Below are positions 24,443-37,050 of a stretch of DNA of 64,000 nucleotides, piece by piece. The position numbers and the translations under genes are program-made. The stretch is from Somniosus microcephalus (taxonomy: Eukaryota), in contig CM126226.1 of the NCBI GenBank assembly GCA_052327205.1, positions 28,830,001 to 28,894,000 on the forward strand, in the 5' to 3' direction. The notes under the pieces were generated by a model. The model did no database searches and was not told the DNA's origin. It saw nothing but the letters and a program-made list of their open reading frames with translations. Each line of letters opens with the position of its first letter. Position 1 is the stretch's first letter.

Positions 24443-26033
24443 ATAGTTTTATCCAGAACACAGTCACGGCCCAGAGGAAAGCACAGGTTCAGAAAGGGGA
24501 GGGCGTGACTGTTCGGGTGCTGGGTAGGAGAGGTTGAGAAGGAGGTCCCACAGACACGGGTCCTATCCAACAGGTACGATGTACTCGCTACCTGTGAGGA
24601 CAAGGAGAAAGTCTGCGGGGAGGACTGCCACAATGCAGACCAAGGCACCGTGGCTCAGAAGGTTGTACAGGAAGGGGGGCGGGGGGAAGCAGAATAGAAA
24701 TGTGGTAGTGATAGGGGATTCTATAATATTTGGGATAGCATCCTCTGCAGCCATGAACGAGAGTCTGAGAGGGTGTGTTGCATACCCGGTGCCAGGATAA
24801 GGGATATCTCGAGGTGGCTGGAGAGGTATTTGGAAAGGGATGGGTTAAATCTAGTTGTCGTGGTCCATGTTGGTTCAAACAATATAGGTAGTAACAAGGA
24901 GGAGATCCTGCTGCGGGAATATCAGTAGTTAGGAATTAAACTAAAAAGCACGGCCTCGAGGGTAATAATATCCGGATTATTGCCCGAGCCACGTGCAAAT
25001 TGGCATAGAGACAAACAGATCAGGCGAGTTAACACTTGGCTAAAGGGCTGGTGTAGGAAAGAGGGGTTCCTTTTCATGGGGCACTGGCACCAGTACTGGG
25101 ACAGGAAGGAGCTGTGGATGGAGATGGAGTGGGCTTCACCTGAACTGGAATGTGATCAGTGTCCTAGCAGAACGGGTAAATAGTGTGGTCGCAAAGGCTT
25201 TAAAACTAGTATGGCGGGGGGAGTGATCTACAAGAAATGGAACAAGCTTAAATATAAACGAAACAGGAAAGGAGAGCATGGAACAGACTAAACTAAGGGA
25301 TGACATAAATTACCAGGGAATAATTGAAGCTATAGAACAGGAGTGTAAAAAGATGGTTAAAAATAAAGAGAGGAATTGCTATTAAAAATGAGTTAAACTA
25401 TACTACAATGCACACAGTGTCTGTAATAAAACAGGGGACCTGGAGGCAATAATACATTGCAAGGAACCAGATATAGTCGGGATTACTGAGACATTCCTAC
25501 AGAAAAATCAGGACTGGGAATTAAATATTGCAGGGTGTAACATATTTAAAAAAGATAAGAGTGGGAAAAAGGGGAGCTGTACTTATTAGAGATAAATATG
25601 GCAGTAGAAAAAAGTAACGCAGCTATCAATAAGACAGAAATAGAATCCACGTGGATAGATATGAAAGATAAAAAAAAGGACCAATCACACTAATAGGGGT
25701 AATCTAAAGATCTCCTAATAGTGGGAGGTGGAGGAAGAAATGTGCAAACAAATTAGGGAAATTAATAACAAATATAGACTAATAATCATGGGGGATTTCA
25801 ACTACCTCAAAATTAATTGGCCAGAAGAGATAGGTAAAGGGGATAAGGGAATGGAGTTCCTATATTCTGTACAGGACTCCTTTCAACCTCAGTATGTAAG
25901 AAGCCCAACAAGGGCGGATTCGTTACTGACTCTGGTAACAGGGAATGAACCAGAGCAGATAATAGGAGTAAAAGTAGGGGAACATCTAGGCAATAGTGAC
26001 CACAATATAATATGGTTTAGGATAATAATTGAG

Positions 26034-26139
26034 AAAGAAAGACTTGCATTTATATAGCGCCTTTCACGACCTCGGGATGTCCCAAAGCGCTTTACAGCCA
26101 ATTAAGTACTTCTGATGTGTAGTCACTGTTGTAATGTAG
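26034..26139 (-). mobile_element. DeuSINE (SacSINE1-like) 3' tail inserted in CR1 ORF2
   Basis: Reverse complement of the tail at ~61380-61487. Confidence 0.85.
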
Positions 26140-27548
26140 AAGGACATAGGCATGAAGATCAGGGTAATAGATTGGAGAAAAGCTGATTTTGACGGACTGA
26201 GAATAGAACTTGGGAAGATAAAATGGACAACAATATTGGCAAACAATGATATAGAACAGCAATGGGAAACATTTAAAATGGTGTTCTACAGAGCCCTGGA
26301 AAAATGCATTCCGCTAAAAAAACAAGAACTAAACATTAATAAGGCACCATGGATGAATAAAGACATAAGGGAAAAATTGAGGGTAAGGAAAGAGACTTAC
26401 ACTAAGTACATGGACAGCAGAGGAAAGCAAGACAAGGGAGAATACAAAGAGACTAGGAGAGAAGTCAAAAAAATTAGGAAGGCAAAGAGGAACTATGAAA
26501 TTAAATTATCAAGGAGCATAAAACAAAACAGTAAAATATTCTACAGGCACATAAATTTTAAAAAAGTCGGGATGAGAATAGGGCCATTAAGGGACGGTCA
26601 GGATAAAATCACAGGCAGTGATAGCAAAATGGCAGAAATAATCATTTTGCTTCAGTATTTACCAGGGCGATGAATCAAGTGGATATGACATCAGAAGATG
26701 AGATTAGAAATGATATAACCGCATTTAAAATAGAAAGAGGAGAAATATTAAATAAACTAATCAAACTCAAAGAGGATAAAACCCCTGGTCCGGACAGATT
26801 GCATCCACGCATTGTAAAAGAATCTAGGGAAGAGATAGCAGAGGCACTATTACACATATTTAATAATTCATTAGAAAATGGTGTAGTGCCAGAGGACTGG
26901 CAGATAGCTAACGTTATACCTGCATTTATGAAGGGAGCTAGAACATGTTCATGGAGCTATAGACCAGTCAGCTTAACATCGGTAGTAGGAAAAATAATGG
27001 AATCCCTACTAAAGGAGAAAATAGAAAAACATCCAGAAACCAAAAATATAATGAATAGTCAACATGGATTTCAAAAGGGAAAGTCTTGCTCGACCAACCT
27101 CATTAAATTCTTTGAAGAGGTAACAGAGAGAGTAGACAAGGATAATGCAGTAGATGTAATATATCTAAATTTCCAAAAGGCCTTCGATAAGGTACCACAT
27201 AATAAGATCAGAGTATGTGTAGTCAGGGGACAAGTGGCAGAATAGATAGCTGACTGGCTGAAAGACAGAAAGCAGAGAGGAGGGGCAAAGGGTAGCTATT
27301 CACAGTGGCAGAAGGTAGGAAGTGGTGTTCCACAAAGATCAGTGCTGGGACCACTGTTGTTCACAATTTATATTAACGATTTAGACTTTGGAATCAAAAA
27401 CACCATTTCTAAATTTGTGGATCACATCAAATTGAGAGGGACAGTCAACATTGAGGAAGACTGCAACAAATTACAAGACGACATTAATAAACTTGAAGAA
27501 TGGGCATATAATCGGCAAATTAATTTCAACATAAATAAATGTGAGGTA

Positions 27549-27840
27549 CAGGTTGAGCGTCTAAAATCCGGAATGTTCCGGAATCCAGGGCGATTGGTGG
27601 CAGGGTCGTCCGGAATCCGTAAAATGTTCCGGAATCCGGACACCCTGTCAAACTACAACCTGGGCCCAGGCATTTCTGGACTCGGAACGTATTTCTGATG
27701 TCCGAAGTCTGGAAACGCCCGAGCCCAGGTTGCGATATTTCCGGACTTCAGACATCAGAAACACGTTCCGAAGTCCGGAAAAACATGAAATCCGGCTCGG
27801 CCTCAGTCCCGAGGTTGCCGCATTTGGGACACTCAACCTG
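27549..27840. mobile_element. Tc1/mariner (pogo/Tigger-type) MITE, 292 bp
   Basis: TA|CAGGTTGAGCGTC ... GACACTCAACCTG|TA with a TA target duplication. Removing it restores the CR1 reading KCEVLHF. Internal TCCGGA repeats. Confidence 0.92.
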
Positions 27841-29179
27841 TATTACATTTTGTTAAGAAAATAAGGAGGTCGCATATTACTTCAAAAATAAGAATCTAAA
27901 TGGGGTAGAGGAGCAAAGGGATCTGGGAGTACAAATACACAAATCACTACGTTGTGATGCAAGTCAATAAGGCCATAAAAAAGCAAATGGTTTATTTCAA
28001 GAAGGATAGCCCTGAAATGTAGAGAAGTTATGCTAAACTTGTATCGAACCTCATTAGACAACACTTGGAGTACGGTGTACAGTTATTGTCGCCATATTAT
28101 AAAAACGCACTGGAGAGGGTGCAAAAAAGATTTACAAGGATGATACCAGAACTGCAAGGTAATACCAATCAGGAAAGGATGAACAGACTGGGTCTCTTGA
28201 AAAAAGAAGGCTGAGGGGTGACCTAATAGAGGTATTTAAAATTATGAAAAGTTTTGATAGGTTAGACACAGAGAATGTGGGGAAGAGCAAAACAAGAGGC
28301 CATCAATATAAGATAGTCAGCAAGAAATCAAATAGGGAATTCAGAAGAAACTTCTTTACACAGAGTGTGGTGAGAATGTGGAACTCGCTACCACAGGGAG
28401 TAGTATAGATGCATTTAAGGGGAAGCTAGATAAGCATATGAAGGAGAAGGGAATAGAGGGCTATGCTGATAGAGTTACATGAGGAAGGATGAAAGGGGGC
28501 GCGAAAGGAGCATAAATGCTGGCATAGACTGGTTGGGCTAAATGGTCTGTTTCTATGTAATAATGCATTCTCACAATCTTCCTACAGCATTTTAAATGGT
28601 ATTTTCTGATAAGCCTATATTTTTTTTTAATGGAGGATTTCAGCTTTAAGTGGAGTTATCTTTGAATAAATATGAGATACGGAAGAATAATCCCTCTGCT
28701 GTTACTGTATGTAATGCAGGAAGAATCTGTGGCTCTCACTGGGAAAGCCAATTACACCCCTTACTGCAGTGAGCTCAAACTCTCTTAGGAAATCAGAGAT
28801 AAACATTTGACCTAACCCAGTGGTTACTGTGGTCCTAAAGTATGCATTCTAAAGTATGTGGAAAGAATACAAAATGTTTCACTGCAACTTGTTTACAGGG
28901 TGATGCTGGGTCAGATAATTCCACAACAGAAACAAAACCAGGCTTGTTTAACATAGCACCTCCCATCTCTTTATTTTAAAAAATTGGAACAGCATGATGT
29001 TCATATACATCACACCTTCAGGAATTCCAACTACAAGGTGGCACCCGAGGTAGTGATACAGTTCTAGTGCAGATCAATGCCAGCTATTTATGGGCAAAAT
29101 TTATCATTCCACAGTATGTGTGGATAATAGTTTAGCTTCAGTAGTTTGACAATAAGTTTTAGTTAGTTCAAGAACAGTT

Positions 29180-29570
29180 CAGATGTGTGGTTGAAGGAAA
29201 GAAGAATAAAGGGATATGGGAACAGAGCAGGCACATGGGATTGGGACGACTGCTTATGTGGAGGATAAACACCAAAATGGACTAAGAATATAAGAAATAG
29301 GAGCAGGAGTAGGCCATACGGCCCCTCGAGCCTGCTCTGCCATTCACTAAGATCATGGCTGAACTTTTACATCAACACTTTCCCACCCTATCCTCATATC
29401 CCTTGATTCCCTTAGTGCCCAAAAATCTACCGATCCGAGTCTTGGATATACATAACGACAGAGCAGCCACAGCCCTCTGGGGTAGAGAATTTCTAAGATT
29501 CACAACCCTGAGTGAAGAGATTCCTCTTCCTCTCAGTGCTAAATGGCCGACCCCTTAGCCTGAGACTACT
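29180..29570. mobile_element. Two tail-to-tail CR1 3' fragments (+ ~29180-29283; - ~29284-29570)
   Basis: The second reads AGAAATAGGAGCAGGAGTAGGCC...GATCATGGCTGA, the reverse complement of a CR1 3' end. Confidence 0.75.
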
Positions 29571-31857
29571 ACATAGGCTAATTGGCCTATGTGGTAGAAG
29601 AGTCCAGTAACAACTTTTAGCCATTCCACTTTGAAACTGCAGGTTTAACAATTGCACAACCAAAGTAGGTATCAATCACTCAGTGAAATAAGTACAGATT
29701 CGAATTCAGTAGAAATGTTACAGCTGGTTTTATTCTGTAGGTCTTCAATTGATTTGTTTCCTGGGACCACAAACATTTAACAACATTTCTCAAATGTGGG
29801 GCCTGTTACTGCTTGCCAGCTAGAAACTTGCTTTTCATGGTGAACAATTTTATTTTTGTATATTCAGTGTTTATCTGCATTGTTTCATGATATGCTCTGT
29901 CTGTATGCATTCATCTATTTGCTTTTGAGTTGACAATAATGGCTCAAACTCAAGTCATAATCAGACCTACCATATGAAACATTAGACCTCACAATCACAC
30001 ACTTCCCTCTGCCAGCCCCGGTCATTTAAATACTATTGGACCCACTGGCAAAACAGCTTCCCTGTTTTGTTAATCAAAATATTTTGTTTACCTTGTCTAC
30101 CAACCATTTAATTAGCCACATCAATAACAAACATCTACAGTTCCATGTTCTACATGATCCTAATGTCCACACATAATGCCATTCTGTGCTCTCAATTGTC
30201 CCTCCAACCGTCAGCCATGCACGGTTTGTGTCAGGTAAGAGGTAAAACAGTGGTATCTGTTGCAGGATTACACACCAAGATCTTCATTTGTATTCCATAG
30301 CCTTCTTCCAACTAACATTCAACATGGAGGGACAAAAGTACTATCTCCACAGGAGGAAGAGGTACATAGTGCACACAAGTAGCACTGAGTCATGAAATAA
30401 CATACACAGGGTCAGTGTTACAAGATTATGCTCAGGAACCCCACTGGGAAATTGAACTCCGTAAAGAGGGCAAACAGCTAATACAACACTGGGCAGGAAT
30501 CTAAACATGACTAAAAAGGGCTGATTTTTTTCTGCTCAAAAATAAACAGCAGTTATCAGATTTCTTTCTTTATTAATTGGTAGATTTAATAGTGAGAGTT
30601 TGATTAGAACTCTAAAATTGACTTTTCTATCGACCTAATACCGACAACATGGCCACCCTTATAGATATTATTCAAAATGCCACAAAGGATTAACCTTAAA
30701 ACGTTTTAATTGGAAAAGACATAAGCTGATTAGCACCTGACATGAGTAGTCCCTATTCAGTCAGACATGTAAATCAACCACATTCCACACTGACCCAGGA
30801 CAGCTTGGCCCAGGACAGTTACAAGAGTACTTCAAATCAGATTTACTTCTTTCATCCAGAGCAGCACTGGAGGGAACTCCCAAGTCCTAGCTATTATTAG
30901 TATGCAGTTTAACACAACTGTCCCTGCAGCTGATTCTACTTGGAAACACACTGACCTGCATTATGAACTGCACTCATTTTCTGCAGAGCAGTATTTAAAC
31001 TGAAATTAGTCGGTAACATTTCTGTAATGCTCAACAAAAAAGTGTTGTTTAATCTAATATATAGTTAGAAAGAAGAATGTAGTCATTTCATAAAATTAAC
31101 TTCCAGTTGAAGGAAATTCTCAGTTCATTCACATATGCATTATGCACACAATTGTAACAAACTTTTACAAACATACCATTACAGACTGCCTACACCCAGC
31201 GGTCTGAAGCTCCTGTAGTCAGTACAGAGATCAAGTCTCAGTAAAATAAATAACTTGCATATACATGGCATCTTAAATTAGAAAAACATCCCGTACTTCA
31301 CAGAGGCATAAAGGAAAAACAGATGCCAAGCAAAAAAGGGAAGATTAGGAGGGATAACCAAAAGCATGGTCAAAGACCTCAAATAAGAATTTATTTGCTG
31401 GTCTCCACAAATTTGTAATACCAGGGATACAGCTATTTTTTATAGTTTCATGCACATACTATCAATAGGATGTGGGAGTTTTAAAGACAGTTCCTGCTGT
31501 TTATTTTCCATGAGACCCATTATCTGGATGAACAAGTGAAGATGATCAAGAAGCTTGGAGATCACATCACCAACTTGCAGAGACTGGGACCCCTGCCTTG
31601 TAGGTATGCGGGCTTGTGACTTTGTACAAAGAGCTGAGACTTGAGCTCTGTAAATGTCATTTACTGTAAAATGTTCAAAATTTAAATTTAAAAAATAACA
31701 GTCCATAACATGGGATGAACTCAAAATCCCTCTAGTCCAAGAAAATAATCAAGTGTGGGTGGGGGGTTGACCCTGCAGATACCTTTCAAAAGATCGAACA
31801 AACCAGTAGACAGTAAGAAGTGATTGCAGTTTTGCAGTACCTGATTTTGTGCACTAA

Positions 31858-32000
31858 GAAAAAAGAACGAACTTCCATTTATATCGCACCTTTCAGGACC
31901 TCGAGGCGTCCCAAAGCACTTAACAGCCAATGAAGTACTTTTGAGGTGTACTCACCGTTGCAACAAGAGAAGCAGGTGCCACATTCACAGAACAAGCATT
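31858..32000 (-). mobile_element. DeuSINE 3' tail fragment
   Basis: CATTTATATCGCACCTTTCA..CCCAAAGCACTTAACAGCCAATGAAGTAC. Confidence 0.75.
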
Positions 32001-32143
32001 TGCCACAAATAAGTACCAGGCTGGAACAACAGGGATAGCATATCAAAAGAAAAGTGCCCAAAGTGCTTCTGTCATGTATAAATTATGTGAATGACTGGTC
32101 ATTTACCCAAAGAAAATACACAATTTCTTACTGCTACATAATT

Positions 32144-33730
32144 GGCCAAATCTTCCTGGAAAAATAATGGCAATTCATGACGCATATATTTATTATTAAT
32201 GCATAAATCGACCAGCAAGTTGGGGCAAAGAAGAAATTCGCCGTGAGTTGTGAATGTCCATAACTTTCTGGTTGATTTACGCCGATCCTCCATTTGCCTC
32301 GCACAAACGGCAGCTCGCCCTCAACCTCGCCGAAATTTTTAGGAACTTGATGGATTTGCACATTAATTGCCCATTAAACTCTCCGCAGAAAGTTAGGGCT
32401 TGTATTTAACAGCACAAGTGATAATTGTTAAAGCAATGCCAACCTCTCTGGCCCACACAGAGAATAATGTAAACCGTGGAGTCTCATTCCTACAAGTAGT
32501 GAATTCTTCTTAGAGATTAAAAAAAATTAAAATTAAAAATGTTTACTTTTTTTTATTACTTTTAATTTGTCTCGCTCTTCTCTTAATCCAATCTTTCTTT
32601 ACAACAACAACTTGTACTTATATAGCGCCTTTAACGTAGTAAAACATCCCAAGGCGCTGCACAGGAGTATTTTAAGACAACAATTTTGACACCGATCCAC
32701 ATAAGGAGAAATTAGGGCAGGTGACCAAAAAGGTAGGTTTTAAGAAGCGTCTTAAAGGAGGAAAGGGAGGTAGAGAGGCGGAGCGGTTTAGGGAGGGCAT
32801 TCCAGAGCTTAGGGCCTAGGCAACAGAAGGCACAACCACCAAAGGTTGAGCGATTATAATCAGGGATCCTCAAGAGGGCAGAAATAGAGGAGCGCAGATA
32901 TCTCAGGTGGTTGTGGGGCTGGAGGAGATTACAGAGATAGGAATGGGCAAGGCCATGGAGGGATTTGAAAACAAGGGGGTAAGAATTTTGAAATCGAGGC
33001 GCTGCTTAACCAGGAGTTAATGTAGGTCAGCGAGCACAGGGGTGATAGGCGAACGGGACTTGGTGTGGGTTAGGACTCGGGCAGCCGAGTTTTGGATAAC
33101 CTCAAGTTTACGTAGGGTAGAATGTGGGAGGCCAGCCAGGGGTGCATTGGAATAGTCAAGTCTAGAGGTAACAAAGGCATGGATGAGGGTTTCAGCAGCG
33201 GATGAGCTGAGGCAAGGGCGGAGATGGGCGATGTTACGGAGGTGGAAGTAGGCAGTCTATTTTATGCTGCGGGTGTGTGGTCGGAAGCTCAGTTCAGGGT
33301 CAAATATGACACCGAGGTTACGAACAGTGTGGTTCAGCCTCAGACAGATGTTAGGGAGAGGGATGGAGTCAGTGGCTAGGGAACGGAGTTTGTGGCAGGG
33401 ACCAAAAACAATGGCTTCGGTCTTCCCACTATTTAATTGGAGAACATTTTTGCTCATCCAGAACTGTTGGACAAGCAGTATGATTACCGGATTTGACTCT
33501 AATTTACTCTCCTTCTCAGTCGTTCCTCTGTTTCTTTCTCAATCCTTAAACCTCATTATTGGTCCCATCGTTGACTAAGGTCCCAGATGCCCCGTTGCCT
33601 TCGCCGTGCCGTTATGAGCTCACACTTCCAGCAACTTACGGCCCAAATTATATTTGAGCTGAAGGGTGCGGGAAAAAGTCTAAATAACGGCACACGCCGC
33701 GAGATGCGCTGCTCCAGCAAGATTTGGCCT
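32144..33730. mobile_element. Non-autonomous DNA transposon (possibly PIF/Harbinger-like) interrupted by an L2 fragment
   Basis: TIRs GGCCAAATCTTCCTGGA and TCCAGCAAGATTTGGCC (16/17 match); the flanking duplication is ambiguous. Confidence 0.75.
32601..33480 (-). mobile_element. L2 LINE 3' fragment
   Basis: Minus-strand ORF with LQLNSGKTEAIVFG and VRNLGVIFDPELSF; LIHAFVTSRLDYSN; (TTG)n tail. Confidence 0.9.
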
Positions 33731-33974
33731 ATTGTATTCAATGCATTTTGCCTGAATGATGGAAGTCCACTGCTCAATTTGTTAAACAACATTTGCCTGG
33801 ATAGTCCAAACTGAATTAATGGAGGGGTTTCTTTACATTCTCAAACTGAAGCACAAATTGTACTATGGCACATGTCCTCTGACAGTACAGTGCTCAAATC
33901 CACCCACATCAAACAGCAGCAAGTACCTAAAAATGATCGACCCTGAGCACAGTGGAAACGTAAGCCTATGAACA

Positions 33975-34082
33975 GGTGCATTTAAGGTGAAGCTAGATAT
34001 AAACACATGAGGGAGAAGGGAATAGAAGGCATGGACCAATTGGGCCGAATGGCCTGTTTCTGCCGTGTACATTCTATGTAAT
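33975..34082 (+). mobile_element. CR1 3' end fragment
   Basis: GCATTTAAGGTGAAGCTAGAT...GGGCCGAATGGCCTGTTTCTG, similar to 28410-28560. Confidence 0.7.
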
Positions 34083-34883
34083 ACCCTGGTATCCTCAGTG
34101 CATTGAAATGATTTCTGACACTACTTATTTGAGGAAAATTCTTGGCAGTTGTTTTATCTACATTTGAATAAAAATACGGTGACTCGTTAGAAGCAAGGTA
34201 AACATTCCTTAGCTATGTCAAGAACAGATTTACTACACCAACGCACATGACTGCAGGTGTCTCTGAAGAAGAGTTTGAATATGGCTTTGCATAACCAGCA
34301 CCAAAAGTGGACTGCAGAGCTAGATGGCGCACCTAGATAAGAGACCAGTGCAACTTACACTTCTTTTACCGGAGAAGCTGTATTTGATCCAGTATAAAAA
34401 ATTATTTGACAATACTAACTTTACACCTCAACAACAACAAAAACTCGCATTTATATAGCGCCTTTAGCATAGTAAAACGTCCCAAGGCTCTTCACAGGAG
34501 CATTGTCAATCAAAATTTGCTACCGAGCCACAGAAGGAGATATTAGGACAGATGAGGTCAAAGAGGTAGGTTTTAAGGAGCATCTTAAAAGGAGCGAGGT
34601 AGAGAGGAGGAGAGGTTTAGGGAGGGAATTCCAGAGCTTAGGGCCAAGGCTAAAATCGGGGATGCACAAGATGCCAAAATTGGAGGAGTGCAGAGATCTT
34701 GAAGGCTTGTAGGACTGGAGGAGGATACAGAGATAGGCAGGGGTAAGGCCATGGAGAGTTTTGAAAACATGAAAAGGGAATTTTAAAATTGAGGCATTGC
34801 CGGACTGGGAGCCAACTTCAGTTAGCAAACACAAGGGCGATAGGTGAACATGACTTGGTGTGAGTTAAGATACAGGTAGCAGA

Positions 34884-35501
34884 TTTTTTTTTATATTCGT
34901 TCCTGGGATGTGGGCGTCGCTGGCAAGGCCAGAATTTATTGACCATTCCTAATTGCCCTCGACAAGGTGGTGGTGAGCCACCTTTTTGAACCGTTGCAGT
35001 CCGTGTGGTGACGGTACTCCCACAGTGCTGTTAGGGAGGGAGTTCCAGGATTTTGAGCCAGTGACGATGAAGGAACGGCGATTTATTTCCAAATCAGGAT
35101 GGTATGTAACTTGGGAGGGGAACTTGGGAGGTGACGGTGTTCCCAAGCGCCTGCTGCCCTCGTCTTTCCAGGTGGTAGAGGTCGCGCGTTTGAGAGGTGC
35201 TGTTGAAGAAGCCTTGGTGAGTTGCTGCAGTGCATCTTGTAAATGGTACATACTGCAGCCACGGTGCGCCGGTGGTGGATGGGGTGCCGAAAAAGCGGGC
35301 TGCTTTGTCCTGGATGGTGTCGAGTTCGTGAGTGTTGTTGGAGCTGCACTCATCCAGGCAAGTGGAGAGTATTCCATCACACGCCTGACTTGTGTCTTGT
35401 AGATGATGGAAAGGCTTTGGGGAGTCATAAGGTGAGACACTCGCTGCAGAATACTCAGCCTCTGACCTGCTCTTGTAGCCACAGTATTTATTTGGCTGGT
35501 C
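34884..35501 (-). mobile_element. 3' fragment of the CR1-group LINE family seen at 18066
   Basis: INTVATRAGQRL...RRSFIVTGSKSWNSLPNSTVG; same 3' tail. Confidence 0.9.
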
Positions 35502-35720
35502 TTGGATAAGCACAAGCTAATCTAGGGTAGAAGGTGGGAGACCAGCCAGGAGCGCATTGGAATAGTCAAGCTTAGAGGTATCAAAGGCATGGATGAGGGA
35601 TTCAGCAGCAGATGAGCTACGGCAGGGTTGGAGCCCGGCAGGGTCAGAGCCGGGCGATGTTACGGAGGTGGTCATGGTGATGGAGAGGATATGGGGTCGG
35701 GAGCTCAGCTCATGATCAGG

Positions 35721-35892
35721 GTAGCCCTGCCTTCGATCTAGTTCCTTTTCTCTCCAGTTTTGAAGAAGGGTCAAACCCGAAACGTCAACTCAAATTTCTC
35801 TCCACGGATGTTGCCTGACTTGCTGAGTTTTTCCAGCATTTTCTGTTGTTATTTCGGATTTCCAACATCTGCAGTATTTTGCTATCGTACTA
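35721..35892 (+). mobile_element. Penelope-like element 3' terminal fragment
   Basis: Near-identical to ~38452-38620, which follows a GIY-YIG C-terminus. Confidence 0.85.
35756..35790 (+). ncRNA. Minimal type I hammerhead ribozyme motif (C3U variant)
   Basis: AGTT-TTGAAGA-A-GGGT(CAA)ACCC-GAAAC-GTC-AACT: stem I AGTT/AACT, stem II GGGT/ACCC, palindromic ACGT stem III and a GUC cleavage triplet. Confidence 0.7.
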
Positions 35893-35900
35893 GTGAACGG

Positions 35901-36063
35901 CAATGTTCCCTATAATTTTTTTTCCTTACGCGGTCCCTTTAACTGGCTGCCTGGCTCATTCAAATTCTCGCGCATGCGTGGTTATTTCCACTGAAAAGCT
36001 GGCGAGCAGCCTGCGGTTGACTTCCAGACTGCTGCGCGGCCACGCAGCTCAGCAGGAATGTTG
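35901..36063. mobile_element. hAT-type MITE (163 bp)
   Basis: Ends CAATGTTCCCT / CAGGAATGTTG. The 8-bp flanks GTGAACGG and GCAAACGG both derive from GCGAACGG by CpG decay. Confidence 0.7.
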
Positions 36064-36354
36064 GCAAACGGTCTGGTTCAGCCTCAGACAGTGGCCAGGT
36101 AAGTCTTTATACATGACAGGCACAAGCATGGCACAGGAAATGAGCATATCTTATGGTAAGTGGGTGTGCTTTTATACCATACATTATACCATGTAAAATA
36201 TAATGTATTATTCTTCTGCTAAAGTGCGTCCCTTTAAGGCTACAAAGTCTAATTCATAAGTAAGCACTGGATGGGTTCATTCAAAGGTGAATTGCTATTC
36301 AGACCGGAGATCAGAAGCTTGGCTTGGTGGGAAGGTCAATTAAAAAAGACAGAC

Positions 36355-36672
36355 AGAAGAACCTGCATTTATATAGCATCCTTCACAACCTCAGGTTAAC
36401 CCAACTTCACAGCCAATGAATTATTTTTTGAAGTGTAGTTACTGTTGTAATGTAGGGAAACCTAGCAGCTAATTTGCGCACAGAAGTTCCCACAATCAGC
36501 AATGAAATAAATGACCAGATAATCTGTTTCAGTGATAGTGGTGGAGGGATAAATATTGGTGGGTCATCACACAGAGAATCCTCCACTGCTCTTCTTTGAA
36601 TAGTGATTTGGGGTCTTTTACCTCCACCTGAGTGGGTAAACAGGGTTTAACATCCCATTCGAAAGATGGCAA
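36355..36672 (-). mobile_element. DeuSINE (SacSINE1-like), 5'-truncated
   Basis: Reverse complement of the core and tail of 61016-61487. Confidence 0.8.
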
Positions 36673-36959
36673 GATTGTGGCTCTGGTATTTTCTATTCCA
36701 CAAGTTGTTCTGTACATCACAAATGACTACTTTGTTTATTTTCTATTTAAAGTGTGAAACAGAAGTTTGAATTAGACAATGTGCGTTAGAGAAGAAGTGT
36801 GCATATGTAAAGTTTCTTTAATATAACTAGTTAGAAAGTATAGTCTTCAGGTGAAGCAAGGTTAAAAGATGGGGTATAATTGAAACAGGACATACAGGCA
36901 TAATTCAGGCCCCATTTAAAGTCATACATTCTGTCCTTATTTTTAAATAATACTATTTA

Positions 36960-37050
36960 AAAAACAAAAATGCTGGAAATACTCAGCAGGTCAGGCAGCA
37001 TCTGTAGAGAGAGAAACAGAGTTAACGTTTCGGGTCGATGACCTTTCATC
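36960..37050 (-). mobile_element. Penelope-terminus fragment with a damaged hammerhead core
   Basis: Minus strand reads ..ACGATGA-A-AGGTCATCGACCC-GAAAC-GTT-AACT; the CTGA start and 5' stem I are missing. Confidence 0.75.

Larger units (their letters stand above)
24480..28560 (+). mobile_element. CR1 LINE with SGNH-esterase ORF1 and APE-RT ORF2, decayed, carrying two nested insertions
   Basis: ORF1 remnants LSNRYDVL, VVVIGDSII and VVVHVGSNNI; ORF2 motifs IMGDFNY, EHLGNSDHN, YRPVSLTSVVGK, FQKAFDKVPH and LGPLLFTIYINDL; CR1-type 3' UTR. Confidence 0.93.
34429..36099 (-). mobile_element. L2 LINE fragment split by three insertions
   Basis: Pieces ~34429-34883, ~35502-35720 (LIHAFDTSKLDYSNALLAGLP) and ~36064-36099 are colinear with the L2 at 32601-33480. 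Confidence 0.8.

Noticed and set aside
24127-24648. Repetitive Pro/Arg/Gly-rich ORFs on both strands, and a CRISPR-like look
   Set aside because: These are translations of the 26-bp minisatellite; there are no unique spacers and the context is a eukaryotic intron.
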